Shown: positions 1 through 10,716 of the stretch, piece by piece
Layout: every line of letters starts with the position of its first letter
Numbering within the stretch: the first letter of the stretch is position 1
Assembly: GCA_965205265.1 (NCBI GenBank)
Contig: CBDBGH010000001.1
Location: forward strand, 32,001-96,000
Source: Alphaproteobacteria bacterium
GTDB lineage: Bacteria > Pseudomonadota > Alphaproteobacteria > Bin95
Reading direction: 5' to 3'
DNA: 64,000 nucleotides
Notes under the pieces: model-generated
The model's input: the letters and a program-made list of their open reading frames with translations, nothing else
Told to the model about the DNA's origin: nothing
Database searches by the model: none
Position numbers and translations under genes: made by a program

Positions 1-452
1 TTGGCAACCAGCGCACTCAAACGCGCCGTATTCGGCTGGATTACCCGGTTCGCCAGGAACCACGCCGTCATTCGGGTGTCAAGGGTCGAAACCTGTGGTG
101 CGTCCGGCAACGCCTCCACAACAAGCCAGTCCAGAAAGGCCGTCGACTTTTCCGCGCCGAGCCGGCCAAGCTTCAGAAACGTTTCAACGGCACGTCGATA
201 ACGGCGGTCTGAACGCTCGGGTACATGCGAAGGTAACGGACCCTCATACGCAATCCGCTCTCCCGGAAACTGCCCAACCGCATCCGGAACTGGATCAGCC
301 AATCCGGGGAACCGGGCATGACGCTGAAAGAACTTCAGATAGTACCCAAGCACCAAGCGCCGCCGGGGCGACAGACCCTCAAGCAGCCGCAGTTCCTGGG
401 ACGTCAACACCCAATGCGCCCTAAGCGCTTCCGCCGACCAAAGCTGCTCCAT
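1..452 (-). CDS. tnpA: Tn3-family transposase, 5' part (DUF4158-like N-terminus), runs off the window
   Basis: Not in the ORF track; translated by hand from ATG at 452: MEQLWSAEALRAHWVLTSQELRLLEGLSPRRRLVLGYYLKFFQRHARFP...RRYRRAVETFLKL...FLDWLVVEALP, typical of the Tn3 TnpA N-terminal domain. Confidence 0.75.
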   Translation of the reverse strand, partial: MEQLWSAEALRAHWVLTSQELRLLEGLSPRRRLVLGYYLKFFQRHARFPGLADPVPDAVGQFPGERIAYEGPLPSHVPERSDRRYRRAVETFLKLGRLGAEKSTAFLDWLVVEALPDAPQVSTLDTRMTAWFLANRVIQPNTARLSALVA

Positions 453-465
453 ATATCCCCCAATA

Positions 466-503
466 CCTCAATATGCTGATCGCGCGGCACGACCGGCGGC
501 CCC
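466..503 (-). repeat. Putative 38-bp Tn3-family terminal inverted repeat
   Basis: Minus strand reads GGGGCCGCCGGTCGTGCCGCGCGATCAGCATATTGAGG (38 bp, GGGG start), just upstream of tnpA and exactly where the methyltransferase fragment is cut. Confidence 0.6.
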
Positions 504-775
504 GGCGCCGCGTTCTGGACCCGTTCTGTGGAACCGCGACAACGGCCCTGAGCGCCGCGTACCATGGACATGAGGGGATAACGACAGACATCAATCCGTT
601 CCTGGTGTGGTTTGGTGGCGTGAAGACAGCGCGGTACTCCGGCGCTGCGATAGCTTCCACGCGCGACGCAGGCGCCCGGGTGATGGAGGCGGTCGGGCGC
701 GGCACATTCGATCCTGTCGAGCCACCTCCCATCCATAACATCGATAGATGGTGGTGTCAGGAGGCGCTGGAGTCC
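504..775 (+). pseudogene. DNA methyltransferase (N4/N6 type) internal fragment
   Basis: VLDPFCGTATT (FxGxG motif I) and TDINPFLVWF; cut at the 5' end by the Tn3 end and diverging after RWWCQEALES. Confidence 0.7.
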
Positions 776-1113
776 TGTGCAGGGCCGATCATCCGTGCGC
801 CTGCACCGTACAGCCCCGTTCATGACAGATCGGCAGCGGGCCAGGAAGCCCAACCGATCGATCCCGCTGGACGCCTTGCGCCCCTGCTGCTATCGCTTTG
901 GGCAGTACATTTCTGTACTTCCCTTTTTGTCGCTGACTGCATGGCCGAGAATGTGCGTAAAGGGGACTGGGACTTCGAACGATGACCGAATATGATCGCA
1001 AGAAGATGATGGAACTGAACAGAAAGCGAACGCGAATTGCCGGATACGTCGGGTGGTGAAGTCGCGGCGTTCCCTTAGGGTTGATGGCATTTACGGATAA
1101 AGGAATTCACCGG

Positions 1114-1317
1114 ATGTCGGCAGTGACAAACAATCCTCTTTCTCCTCTGGTTTCGGAGTTCGATTCAGTTGAGCAGGAGGCCAGCTACAACGAATGGCTA
1201 CGCGCCAAGGTTGCCGCCAGTCTGGCTGACACCCGCCCGGCGCTCCCTCATGACGCGGTGATGGCTGAAATGGACGCTCTGATCGACCGGATCGCCGCAG
1301 AAAATCCTGAGCGCTGA
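1114..1317 (+). CDS. Type II antitoxin (PaaA2/RelB-ParD-like)
   Basis: SPLVSEFDSVEQEASYNEWLRAKVAASLAD..PHDAVM; RBS AAGGA; TGATG overlap with the toxin gene. Confidence 0.85.
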   Translation: MSAVTNNPLSPLVSEFDSVEQEASYNEWLRAKVAASLADTRPALPHDAVMAEMDALIDRIAAENPER

Positions 1318-1598
1318 TGCTCCCAATTTTCTGGCGGGAGACGGCCCGCAGCGATTTGCGCCAAATCGTGACCTACATTGCCAACGAGGATCCGCACGCT
1401 GCCCGTCGCATGAAAATTCGACTGGAAGCAGTAGTGCTTCCTTTGTCAGAGCACCCCTACCTGTATCGTCGGAGTGATCGCGTTCCGGGCCTGCGCGAGA
1501 TCGTGGCTCATCCGAATTACATCGTGTTATATCGGGTTGCCGCTGATTGCATCGAAGTCGTGAATGTGGTCCACGCGCGCCAGCCGTTCCCCAAATAA
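1317..1598 (+). CDS. RelE/ParE-family toxin
   Basis: 93 aa, ARSDLRQIVTYIA...GLREIVAHPNYIVLYRV...VVNVVHARQ. Confidence 0.9.
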   Translation: MLPIFWRETARSDLRQIVTYIANEDPHAARRMKIRLEAVVLPLSEHPYLYRRSDRVPGLREIVAHPNYIVLYRVAADCIEVVNVVHARQPFPK

Positions 1599-1639
1599 AA
1601 GAGGATTACATACCTAACTTACCTAACTTGACAACATAT

Positions 1640-3028
1640 CCCCACTTCCAGTCCGAAGTGCAACACCGGCCATTTTCCCCGCCCGGGCGGGGAAAATGGC
1701 CGGAAGGCGGGATTCCCGGCCCCCTGGCGCCGGTGATTCCGGGCCCGGGACGGCTGGAGTCCCTTCGCGGGAGAGCCTATCGGCGCTTTCCGGGCAGCGC
1801 AAGGCCGCCGCCGGGGCGGGTCGCGTCCGTCCGGGCGCAGGGAGGGCGCAGCCCGACCGGAGCCCGGACGGACGCGACGTCGAAATCCTGTCCACCCCCT
1901 TCCGGCGCAGCCATCCGCGCCGTCTGGAGGCGGGCGGGCCGCGTCAGGGTGGGCGGGCCCGGCGGAACACCTCGGCGGGCGTCCGGTAGCCGAGCACCCT
2001 GCGCGGTCGCGCGTTCAGGCGGTCCTGCACCGCTTTCACCTCCGCGTCGGTGACCGCCCGCAGGTCCGTCCCCTTCGGCAGGTACTGCCGGACCAGCCCG
2101 TTGGTGTGCCCGGTCGGGCCCCGCTCCCAGGAGTGCTGGGGGGTCGGGAGGAAGAACCCGGCCTTCAGCGCCTCCGCCACGCCGGCGTGGCCCGCGAACT
2201 CCCTGCCGTTGTCCGCCGTGACCGTGTGGACGGCGACGGCGGACGGCGGCGGCATCGCCAGCATCGCGGCGGAGACCGCAGCCGAGGTGCGCCGGTCAAC
2301 CCTCTGGAGAAACGTGTATTTCGAGGCGCGGTCCACAAGGGAGACCACCGCCCCGCTGTGGCCTTTCCCGATGATCGTGTCCGCCTCCCGGTCGCCCACA
2401 CGCTCCCTGCTCTCCACCTCCGCAGGCCTCTCCGAGATGTCCACCCGGCCCGGGATGTGGCCCCGGCCGGAGTGCCGCCCGCCCCTCCAGTTGGGCTTTT
2501 TCCCGCGGCGGCGCAGCAGCGGGAACAGCCCGCCGCCCGCCTTCCTGTCGGCCTTCAGGTGCTCGTATATCCACTGCCGGCCCACCGCCCAGCCGCCCTC
2601 CAGCCGCAGCCGTCCCGCGATCCGCTCCGGGCTCCAGCCCTCCTCCAGAAACCCCTCGACACTCGCCCAGCGCTCCGCAGTCATCCTCCGGGGGACCCTG
2701 GACGCCGCGCTGCGGCGCTCCTCCGCTTTCCCCTGCGCCTCGCCGGGGCTGTAGCCCGAATCCCCGCCGTTCCGGCGCAGCTCCCGCCAGACCGACGGGC
2801 GGTCACGGCCCAGACGGGCCGCGATCACCCCGTCCGACAGCCCGCTTTCCTTCAGCGCGCCGATCTGGCATCTATCCTCATGGGTCAGGTGGCGCTGGCC
2901 CTCGGGCATGACAGTCTCCTATGCGTCGTTGCTGGGACTGTCGCCGCTTCCTGGCCGATCCGCAACATCATGCGGCAGGAAAACCGGTCACCACCGCCAC
3001 TGGTGTTGCACTTCGGACTGGAATGGGG
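1640..3028 (-). mobile_element. IS30-family insertion sequence
   Basis: 22-bp identical inverted repeat core TTCCAGTCCGAAGTGCAACACC at 1646-1667 and 3002-3023, enclosing an IS30 transposase. Confidence 0.9.
1944..2909 (-). pseudogene. IS30 transposase, ORF open but degenerate
   Basis: HLTHEDR..IAARLGR..VWRELRRN, GDREADTIIG, TVTADNGREF, HSWERGPTGHTNGLVRQYLPKG; the catalytic E of the NENTNG motif appears replaced by G. Confidence 0.8.
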
Positions 3029-3031
3029 CTA

Positions 3032-3508
3032 TCATATAAGGAAATTGACGCCCATATATTGATTGATTCGACACAACATGTGGTGTTTGCCAACTTCAGT
3101 GTGTAATCCCCTAAAAATAAGGGGTGGAGCGGACCAGCGGCCGCTGGCGGCCCGTCGTGGTCTGCGGGAACGGTCGCACACAGACGCTCGGGAACGGCGA
3201 TCCGCGGCGGCGTCGGAGAAATTCCCGATGACCACGCTGCCCTGGGGGAAACGCGCGGCAATGTCCAGCCTGCCGCCCATCGCCTCGATGCAGGAGCGAA
3301 GGTTCGACACGTACATGTCGGCCCGCCGTTCCAGCTTTGCGACAGCCGGCTGGTTCACGTCCATCTCCTCGCCAACGGACTTCCGGGTCATGGCCCGGGC
3401 CTGCCGCAGCTCGTGAAGCAGCATGGCCGCGCGAAGATCCCCTTTCCGCGCCCGACCCGCGGGAGACAGTTCCTCCGTCAGCCGCGCGAAAGGATGGTGT
3501 CCCGCCAT
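3032..3508 (-). CDS. higA: HigA-like XRE antitoxin (degenerate, natural stop probably lost near 3190)
   Basis: LHELRQARAMTRK..VNQPAVAKLERRADMYVSNLRSCIEAMGGRLDIAARFP; directly downstream of higB. Confidence 0.8.
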   Translation of the reverse strand: MAGHHPFARLTEELSPAGRARKGDLRAAMLLHELRQARAMTRKSVGEEMDVNQPAVAKLERRADMYVSNLRSCIEAMGGRLDIAARFPQGSVVIGNFSDAAADRRSRASVCDRSRRPRRAASGRWSAPPLIFRGLHTEVGKHHMLCRINQYMGVNFLI

Positions 3509-3867
3509 CAGATCGCTCCTTCTTCCCTGAGTTCCTCGAGATGTACATCATAGAGCCGGTCCGCAAGCGGCACGAACCGCCTGTGGAACAAATCATCTCC
3601 TGTCCTGTCGCCGCCGGTCAGCGGAACTGCCGTGCGTCTGGGATCAAAGGCGTGGAACACGCGAATGGGCTTTCCGCCGCCCTGAACGCGAAGCTCCCGC
3701 ATGTGACCGCGCCGCGAACCCTTTATCCCCGAGCATTGGGGATACGGCAGTCCGGGCCCCTGCTCTCCAGGCAGATCCACCACTGCGGAAACGTCCTCCC
3801 GTTCGCTTGCCGCGGGCGTCTCCCACCAGTCCCCGAACTCGTTCGTATATTCGACGCTCCAGACCAT
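3508..3867 (-). CDS. higB: HigB/RelE-like (Gp49) toxin, degenerate
   Basis: WSVEYTNEFGDWW...GPGLPYP...HMRELRVQ..PIRVFHAFDPRRTAVPLTGGDRTG. Confidence 0.85.
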   Translation of the reverse strand: MVWSVEYTNEFGDWWETPAASEREDVSAVVDLPGEQGPGLPYPQCSGIKGSRRGHMRELRVQGGGKPIRVFHAFDPRRTAVPLTGGDRTGDDLFHRRFVPLADRLYDVHLEELREEGAI

Positions 3868-3968
3868 GACCCATGGTGTTCCGTCGATGGAATGCCATCA
3901 GGTCACAAAACGACATCCAGGCGCGAACCGGACCTCGGGTCGAGTGCCGGAAGGGGCGAAAGACCCCG

Positions 3969-4121
3969 TCAAGGACTTGCCCGATGCCGTGTCATGATTC
4001 CAGGCACGGTGTTACTGCTGATTCCGGGGTCGTGCGCGATCCATCGGTAGCTCCGGCCCTCCCCGACGGACCGGATGACCTTCGCCGCGAGCCTGTCCGA
4101 TTTCGGTCCCCGCCCACGACC
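3969..4121 (-). pseudogene. Serine recombinase/resolvase C-terminal HTH remnant
   Basis: LGRGRGPKSDRLAAKVIRSVGEGRSYRWIAHDPGISSNTV; cut by the IS end at 4122. Confidence 0.65.
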
Positions 4122-6513
4122 CAATGGCATTCGGATAAGTTTTTCTGGCGTTCGGACAGGAAAGCCCCCGCGCTTCGGGCATCTGCCGGAAGCCGGGGGC
4201 GCTGTCGGTAACCGGCCCTGTGTCGGGCCTGTTTCATGCGGCGGGTCGGGCCTGCCAGCCACCTGCTCCTGGGTTGCTTCGACTCCCGGGGGTGGCTCCT
4301 TCCGGGCCTTTCGCGCTGGATGCGGCGTGACAGCCCGGCCATGATCCTGGCGACGGATTCCCTGACCGCTCCGGCCTGCGGCGGGAACAGGGCCCCGGTC
4401 CCCTTTCCGACGGGGCGCAGGCCGTTCCTGAAACTGGTGCGCATGGCGGGCAGGCCCTCCTCCCCGCCGCCGCCGGTGGGGTCGCTGTCGCAGCGGTCGG
4501 GGAACTGGCGTGTCAGGGTGAGCGGGGTGAACGCCGCGTATATCTCCTGGCGGACGCCACGCTCCGATCTGGCGCGCAGATCCCCGATCACCCGCTTCCC
4601 GCTTCTGTACATCCCCTCCACGCCCCACCGTCCGTGATGGAGGTCGACGGGGGGCTGGATTCCATATCGGTCGCTGTCCGGAAGCGAGGTGGCGAGGCGG
4701 TATTCGGTGTCCCCGGCGGTGTACCTGACGAGGCGAACGCGGAGTGTCCGGCCGCGAAGGGCGGCTTCGTCCCCTGGTGCGCTGACCGTGACGGTCCGGT
4801 CGGCCACGCCCGATGCGATGAAGCCGTCGAAGGTCGGGTTGGCCCCCCGCTTGATACGGAAGACGAAGTGCAGCCCGCGCTCCGCATGGGCCAGCGCCAT
4901 GGGGAGGGAGTGGTATCCCCTGTCGTAGACGATGACGTCGCCTTCGGCCGCGTGGCCAGGGTGCGTGAGGGCGGCCTGCCGTTCGTTCCCGTGGCCGGAC
5001 AGGTCGAGGTCAACAGGTGTCCTGTCGCGGAGCCGGTGGAGGACGACGGGCATGCCCTGGGGATGGTGGGCACCGTCCGCGATGCGGTAGCCGCGGTCCG
5101 CGAGTTCCCCCGGCAGGGTGAGCTCCGGGCCGTCGACGGCCAGGACCCTGTGGCCCTTCCAGAGGGTGGCGTCGGGACCCCGGGCGAGGACCTCCCGGTG
5201 CAGCCGCCTGAACGCGGCCCCGTCGAGCTTCCCGCGCGCCTCGCAGGCCGTGGATGCCGCCGGGGGCCCGTCCTGCGGCAGGTCGACGCCCGCCGCCGCG
5301 CACTCCTCCCATAGCCCGCACAGCGTGGTGCGGTAGCCCTGGCCGCCAGGCGTGACGGTGAGGCGGAACACGAACGGCATGACGGGCAGGCTGCCGACAC
5401 CCGCCTCCGCCATCGGGCGTCCCCGCGCTCCGCGACAGCCGTGGCGGCCGAACCGGCGGTCCGAGGCGGCGGAGCGCCCCCTCTCCGCCCGCGTCGGCGA
5501 TCCGTCATCCTCCCCGCGCAGGATCCCGCGGGCATTCCCGCGCAGCGGCATCAGGTGGACGCCCTTCACGGTCCTGCCTCCGGTCCCGCCGGTCTCCCCG
5601 ATGTGCCTCCAGCCCGCGCCCCGATGGCACGAGGCCCTGAACCGGGTCCCGTCCACGAATGTCCCGCACATCACCGGACGCCAGCCGTGGAGGCGCTCCC
5701 AGTCGTCCGCGAGCTGCCGCACCGCCAGGGCCAGCGCCGGGGACGCCAGGAACTTCGAGCGCACCCAGGGGAACACGGGGTAGCGCGGGTTCACCACCAT
5801 CAGGTGGCGGTTGCGGTCCCGGCACGGAAGCGTCCTCCTCACCGCCTCGAAGAGCAGGCACCCCAGCCTGCGGCCGTCCCGGTCGGTGAGGAGGTAGCGG
5901 ACGTGCGCCCCGAAGGGGCGCCTGTAACCCAGATGGTGGTGGCGGTCGACGGGCGCGTTCCAGAGCCGCCTGCCCTCCGTGTCCGTCACGGGCTCCAGGC
6001 CCAGCGGCCGGAGATCGCGGAGCCGCGCCGCGACCTCCGGCTGCGGGTCGGAGGCGGAGGTCCAGGCCGGCCTGCCGGCGGCCCTCATGTCGCGGACGCT
6101 CCCCTCCCGCCTCGCCGGCAGCCTGGGGATGCCGTGGCTCTCCAGGGTCCCGGCATGCCGAGGCAGGCCCCGACCCTGCAGGCACCCTTCGCCGTCGTCC
6201 AGCCAAGGTGCCCGCGGATGGTCCTCCCCAGCCCGTTGCGGCTGTCGTTGGGCAGCAGCGCCACGGTCTCCTGGATGTCGGCGGTCCGCCGCCGGGTCAG
6301 GCGGCGGCCGGAGAAGGTGGTCGATCTCAGGTCGGTGATTCGCCGGTCCATGGCCGGTTCCCGTATCTGCCCGACACCAGCATACGAACCAGCGTCCGCC
6401 TGTCAGTGGGTCTGGCGAAAAAAATCTGGAACACCGAAAACCACGCCATGTCAACGGCTTGCGACCGGCAGGGAAAACCGCTCAGGAACGTAAGGGCTAT
6501 CCGAATACCATTG
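4122..6513 (-). mobile_element. IS4-like element encoding a DUF4338 (DruA-like)-DDE transposase fusion, copy 1, frameshifted
   Basis: IRs CAATGGCATTCGGATA (4122-4137) and CAATGGTATTCGGATA on the minus strand (6498-6513); start at 6351; LWNAPVDRHHHLGY..RLGCLLF..LASPALALAVRQLADDW (DUF4338), then VLAVDG, VIVYDRGY, HGRWGVEGMYR (IS4 DDE). Confidence 0.8.
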
Positions 6514-6649
6514 GCTGGGTGGCCGGGGCGTTTCCACGAGCCAAAGTGTGGCGGAATGCCGCAGTGGGTGGCTGGTCGGGCGCCGTCCGCGCATGGCTGG
6601 CTGCGCCGTCCCCTCCGGGGCGGCGTCCGCGGCGTCCGGTGCTGCCTGA

Positions 6650-7862
6650 ACCGGCGGTGCCGGATGGTGAGCCGCATCAGCTGCCCGCCGGTCAGGGCCA
6701 GCACGCCAAAGAACAGGTGGCAGGCCACCCTGGCGTGCCCACGGACACGGACGTGCCGGGCGCCGTACGGGTCCTTCAGGGCGGAGTTCACCCGCCCGCC
6801 GCTGGAGCGCTGCCGGTAACGCACGCGGTCGTGGCGTATGTGGCCCGCCTTCCGCTGCGCCAGAGCCTCTTTCCTGAGGCGCTCCCTCAGGGCCGCATCG
6901 CGGCGGGGGTTGGTGTCGGTGATCGCCACGCGCCCCGTCAGGCAGGCGTGGAACCCGATCCCCGGGGAATCACAGGCCGCGTCCATGAGCTGGTGGCAGT
7001 GGTCCACCCGCCGCGCCGTCATCCTCGAAAGAGGGATGGCGGCCTGGCTGTCGTGCAGCGAAGCGGAGGTCAGGATGCGGCTGATGGGGATGTCCCCATC
7101 AGCCGCGTCGATATGGAGCCTGTACCCCCTCCAGCTCTCCCTGTACCCCTTCGAGTTGCGCTTCGTGCCGGTGTCGCAGGCCTTCGGAAGCTCGCCAGCC
7201 ATCTCCGTGGCGGTCATCCCGTCCGGCGGCCGCCGCTCCAGCCGGGTCGGCTCCTTCGGCCTCTCCTACCCCTTGTTTCGGGCGTCCGCGCTTTCGCTTT
7301 GGCCTCTCCTCCGGCTTCGGCTTCGGCGCCAGCCTCTCCCGCCCGACGACCGAGCCGGCGTACGCGGAGCGGCCCGGCGCCTCGTGCATCCGCTCGGGCA
7401 GCCGGATCTCCGCGAACCAGGGGAGGGCGCGGGAGAAGGCCGGTTCGCCGGGAACCTCCGACACGCGGGACCAGCCGCAGAGCCTGCGCAGCGTCGGGTC
7501 GTACAGCAGCCGGTCGACCGGCACCACCGTGGTCGGCATGTCCCACACCGCCTTCGCGACGAAGGCCCGAGCCAGCGCCCTGCGGTCGGCGGGAGGGTTG
7601 CCGACGCCCCGGTGGCTGTAGTGCACGTGCCTCACGCCCAGCGGGCCGACCTCCCCGGCGAGGGAAGGCAGAAGTTCCCCCTGGAACCGCTGCCAGGCAT
7701 CCGGTATGGATGATCGCAGGGAAATGGAGCCGTCTCCCTGCATGTTGTGGTATTGACACCTGCTTCATACCAGAGGGATGGCTCCATATCCATACCAGCC
7801 ATCAGAAAAAACGCCCGTTTCCGAAAAAAATCGCTTGATCGGGAAGTTCTGCAAGAAGCTCA
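6650..7862 (-). mobile_element. IS5/IS1182-like element remnant, frameshifted transposase
   Basis: PPADRRALARAFVAKAVW..LRRLCGW..PGEPAFSRA (7099-7743) and KRNSKGYRESWRGYRLHID..TSASLHDSQAAIPL..VRGHARVACHLFFGVLAL; IS-end-like TTCTGCAAGAAGCTC near 7846-7861; far end not resolved. Confidence 0.7.
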
Positions 7863-7880
7863 TATGATCAAAAGATACGG

Positions 7881-9462
7881 GTAACTGCTCGCCCCTTCAT
7901 CCCTGACCGTCCCGCCTGACGGCTTTCGGGCCGGGCATCCTGTCCCGTCATCCGCGCCCGTCCGCCGTCGGCCATCCCTGGGCCTGGCATAATGGAGCTG
8001 CCCGCTGCACTGTCCATCCGTCCGGGCGAATCACGGCGGAGGCGGCGATCATGGTGGTGGAGGCGGAGCGGTGCCGACGGTGAACGCAGCCTCGCTGCGC
8101 GCGCGGCTGGACGGTTGCCGGGCCCGGTTCGATGCGATCAGGCGGAAGGGCGGGGCGGGCGCGGACACCCCTGCGCCGGTCAAGGCCCTTTTCCTGCCGC
8201 CCGGCGTCCTGGTGGCCGTGCCGCTGGAGCGGACGACCCGCAGGACCGACGCCAGCTCCAGCATCCCCCCGTGGCGGACGGAGAGGGACGGGACCGCCCG
8301 GCGCACCGGAAGGGACGGCGGCCGGGGCGCGGAACCGAACCTGCGGACCGGCACGGACATGGGCGGGACCACCGTCGGGGAGACGGTCGCCGTCGATGCC
8401 TGCGGCGCCGACCTCCCGTGGGTCGCCCCCGCCGGACGCGGGCGGCGCGTCCCGTCCGGCATCGTCCCCGAGGCCGGCGGGCGCCGCGTGGAGGCCGGGG
8501 CCAGGGAATGCCCGGACCGCCGGGCCCGGACCAGGGGGCGGTTCCCCGACGGCATGCCGGGCCCGCTGCGGTACGGCACGGGCCTCCAGGCATTCACGAC
8601 CAGCCTGCCGGGCGCCCACATGCTGTCCCCGCCCCGGGCCGTGGGAGGAGGCCGCCGTCGCGCGGCTGCCGGAACGCCCGGCCCTGCACGCCGACGGGAC
8701 CGGATTCCGGGTCGACGGCAGGAGGCGGTGGCTCCATGTCCCCACCGACGGGTCCCTGACCCTGAAGCGCCCGCACCGCAGGCGCGGATGCGGGGCGATC
8801 GGGGACATCGGCGTCATCCCCCGCCACACCGGCACGCCGGTCCACGACTGCTGGGCGGGCCACCTCACCCACCACCGGTGTACGCACCGGCCCTGTGGCT
8901 CCCATATCCTCCGCGAACTGACGTCCGTCGTGGAATCCAACGGCTTCCGCCGGGCGCGCCTGATGAAAAGGCCGCCGCGCGGGGCCTGCCACGGGGCCAG
9001 CCGAAGCGACACCAAGGTCCCGCCCGAGGCCGGACGCCTGGCCGCGCGCAGGCGTTGCCGGACCATCCCTGCACAGGGCCGCAGGGAGCTGCCGGAGATC
9101 CCGCCGCGTCCGAAGGGAAAGCGCGGGAGGGTCGCGGGATCCGACGCGCACAGCCTCCACGGCCGCCTCGGGAGGCACGGGGGGTCCGTGCCGCGCTTCA
9201 TGGCCGACCCGGACGTCAGCTTCACCGACAACGCCGGCGGGCGGAAAATCCGCATGGCCAGGGTGAGGATCAAGGTGTCAGGCCGCTTCCGGACACAGCT
9301 CCATGCCGGGGCATGGTGCCGGATCTCCAGCTACCCCAGCCCGATGGCCGCCCTCGGTTACAACCCACCCGTCGCCATCCAGACCGCCCTGGCCGGAAAC
9401 GCAGCCGCCATGGCCAGACTGCACAATGCCCGGTCCGCACCCAGAAAGGGGTGAGCAGTTAC
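7881..9462 (+). mobile_element. IS66-family element (single-ORF type), degenerate and frameshifted
   Basis: IRs GTAACTGCTCGCCCCTT and AAGGGGTGAGCAGTTAC; 8-bp target duplication AGATACGG at 7873-7880 and 9463-9470; LHADGTGFRVDG..WLHV, VHDCW, FTDNAGGRKIRMARVRIKVSGRFR. Confidence 0.9.
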
Positions 9463-9600
9463 AGATACGGAACCGACAAATCAAGCCTGTCTGGACAAAC
9501 GACAAAAACTCACAAATTTGTCGTGCACCCCACTAGAGAGGCTGAGTTGACAATCAAGTTTCTGCACGCGAATGTAGTCAAATTATCCAGGAGATCGGAT

Positions 9601-10716
9601 TTGCGCGTCGTTGGCATAAAGACTTATCCACTGACGGTTCCTACTGGTGACCTGCAGCGCACTTCCCAGGGCTCATTCGGCACCATTTCGATTCTGGTCG
9701 TCATTGTTGAAACCGACGCGGGAGTCACTGGCGTCGGCGAGGCTCTCGCGCGCCAAGGCCCCACCGCCTACGCTGCTTTGATCGACAACCTTTTGGCGCC
9801 GAAGGTGCTTGGCGCAGATCCGTTCGCCGTCGCTGGCATCTGGAAAACACTGTTCCGATCGTTCACCGGTCGTTCCGGCGGGGTCCTCATCGAAGCGATT
9901 GCCGCTATCGACATGGCCATGTGGGACATCATGGGCAAGGAGACCGGTCGGCCCGTTTACGAACTGCTTGGCCATATGGGCAGGGAGCGCCTTAGAGCCT
10001 ATGCTTCGTCGATCCCATGGGTCGATGACGGCGGCGCAGCTCGTGTCGTTGAGACATGCCTCGAGGCTGGGTTCAGGGAGATGAAGGTCAAGATCGGGGC
10101 TCCGGCGGAAGCAGCGTTGGCGCGTGCACGCCTTGTCCGTGAGCTCGCCGGCCCGGACATTGGCCTAATGGCAGACGGCAACTGGATTTTCGACGTCGAT
10201 GAGGCATTGCAAGTCGGACGAGGTTTGGCAGAGCTCGGATATATCTGGTTTGAAGAGCCCATCGTGCCGGAAGATATGGAAGGATACCGCTACTTGCGGA
10301 ACCGATTGCCGATCAGGCTGGCAGCAGGAGAAAGCGAACACACCGCGGCAGGCGCTGCGCCGCTGCTGGCGGCGCGATTGGTCGGAGTGGTTCAGCCAGA
10401 TGTCGCCCGCTCAGGCGGGATCACCGAAACGCGTAAGATAGCGCTTCTGGCGGATTCGATGCACATCCGCTACGCGCCCCATGTCGGTGCGTCCGGCGCC
10501 ATATGTGCCGCCGCAAGTCTGCATCTGGCGGCGGCCATGCCGAATTTCTGGACCTACGAATGCATGGAGTTTCCCAACCCGCTGCGGGATGCGCTTCTGG
10601 CGTCGCCGGTTCCGGGCCCCGATGACATCGAGGACGGAACGCTGCCGCTGCCTTCAGGGCCTGGGCTGGGAATTGAACTCAACATGGCAGAGGTGGAGAA
10701 ATGGACGAATGCGTAG
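9601..10716 (+). CDS. Mandelate racemase/muconate lactonizing enzyme family protein
   Basis: TTG start with RBS AGGAGA; VETDAGVTGVGE, AIDMAMWDIMGK, KVKIG, MADGN, WFEEP, AAGESE, QPDV..GGITE, GPGLGIEL. Confidence 0.9.
   Translation: MRVVGIKTYPLTVPTGDLQRTSQGSFGTISILVVIVETDAGVTGVGEALARQGPTAYAALIDNLLAPKVLGADPFAVAGIWKTLFRSFTGRSGGVLIEAIAAIDMAMWDIMGKETGRPVYELLGHMGRERLRAYASSIPWVDDGGAARVVETCLEAGFREMKVKIGAPAEAALARARLVRELAGPDIGLMADGNWIFDVDEALQVGRGLAELGYIWFEEPIVPEDMEGYRYLRNRLPIRLAAGESEHTAAGAAPLLAARLVGVVQPDVARSGGITETRKIALLADSMHIRYAPHVGASGAICAAASLHLAAAMPNFWTYECMEFPNPLRDALLASPVPGPDDIEDGTLPLPSGPGLGIELNMAEVEKWTNA

Noticed and set aside
473-985. Intact 170-aa methyltransferase
   Set aside because: The start lies inside the Tn3 end and the C-terminus is unrelated sequence; only an internal fragment is real.
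4122-6513. Druantia anti-phage system
   Set aside because: Only a DUF4338 domain inside an IS; no DruE-like helicase or other dru genes are visible.
8071-10716. 881-aa ORF looking like a transposase-enolase fusion
   Set aside because: Chance read-through from the frameshifted IS66. The IR and target duplication end the element at 9462, and the enolase has its own RBS and TTG at 9601.
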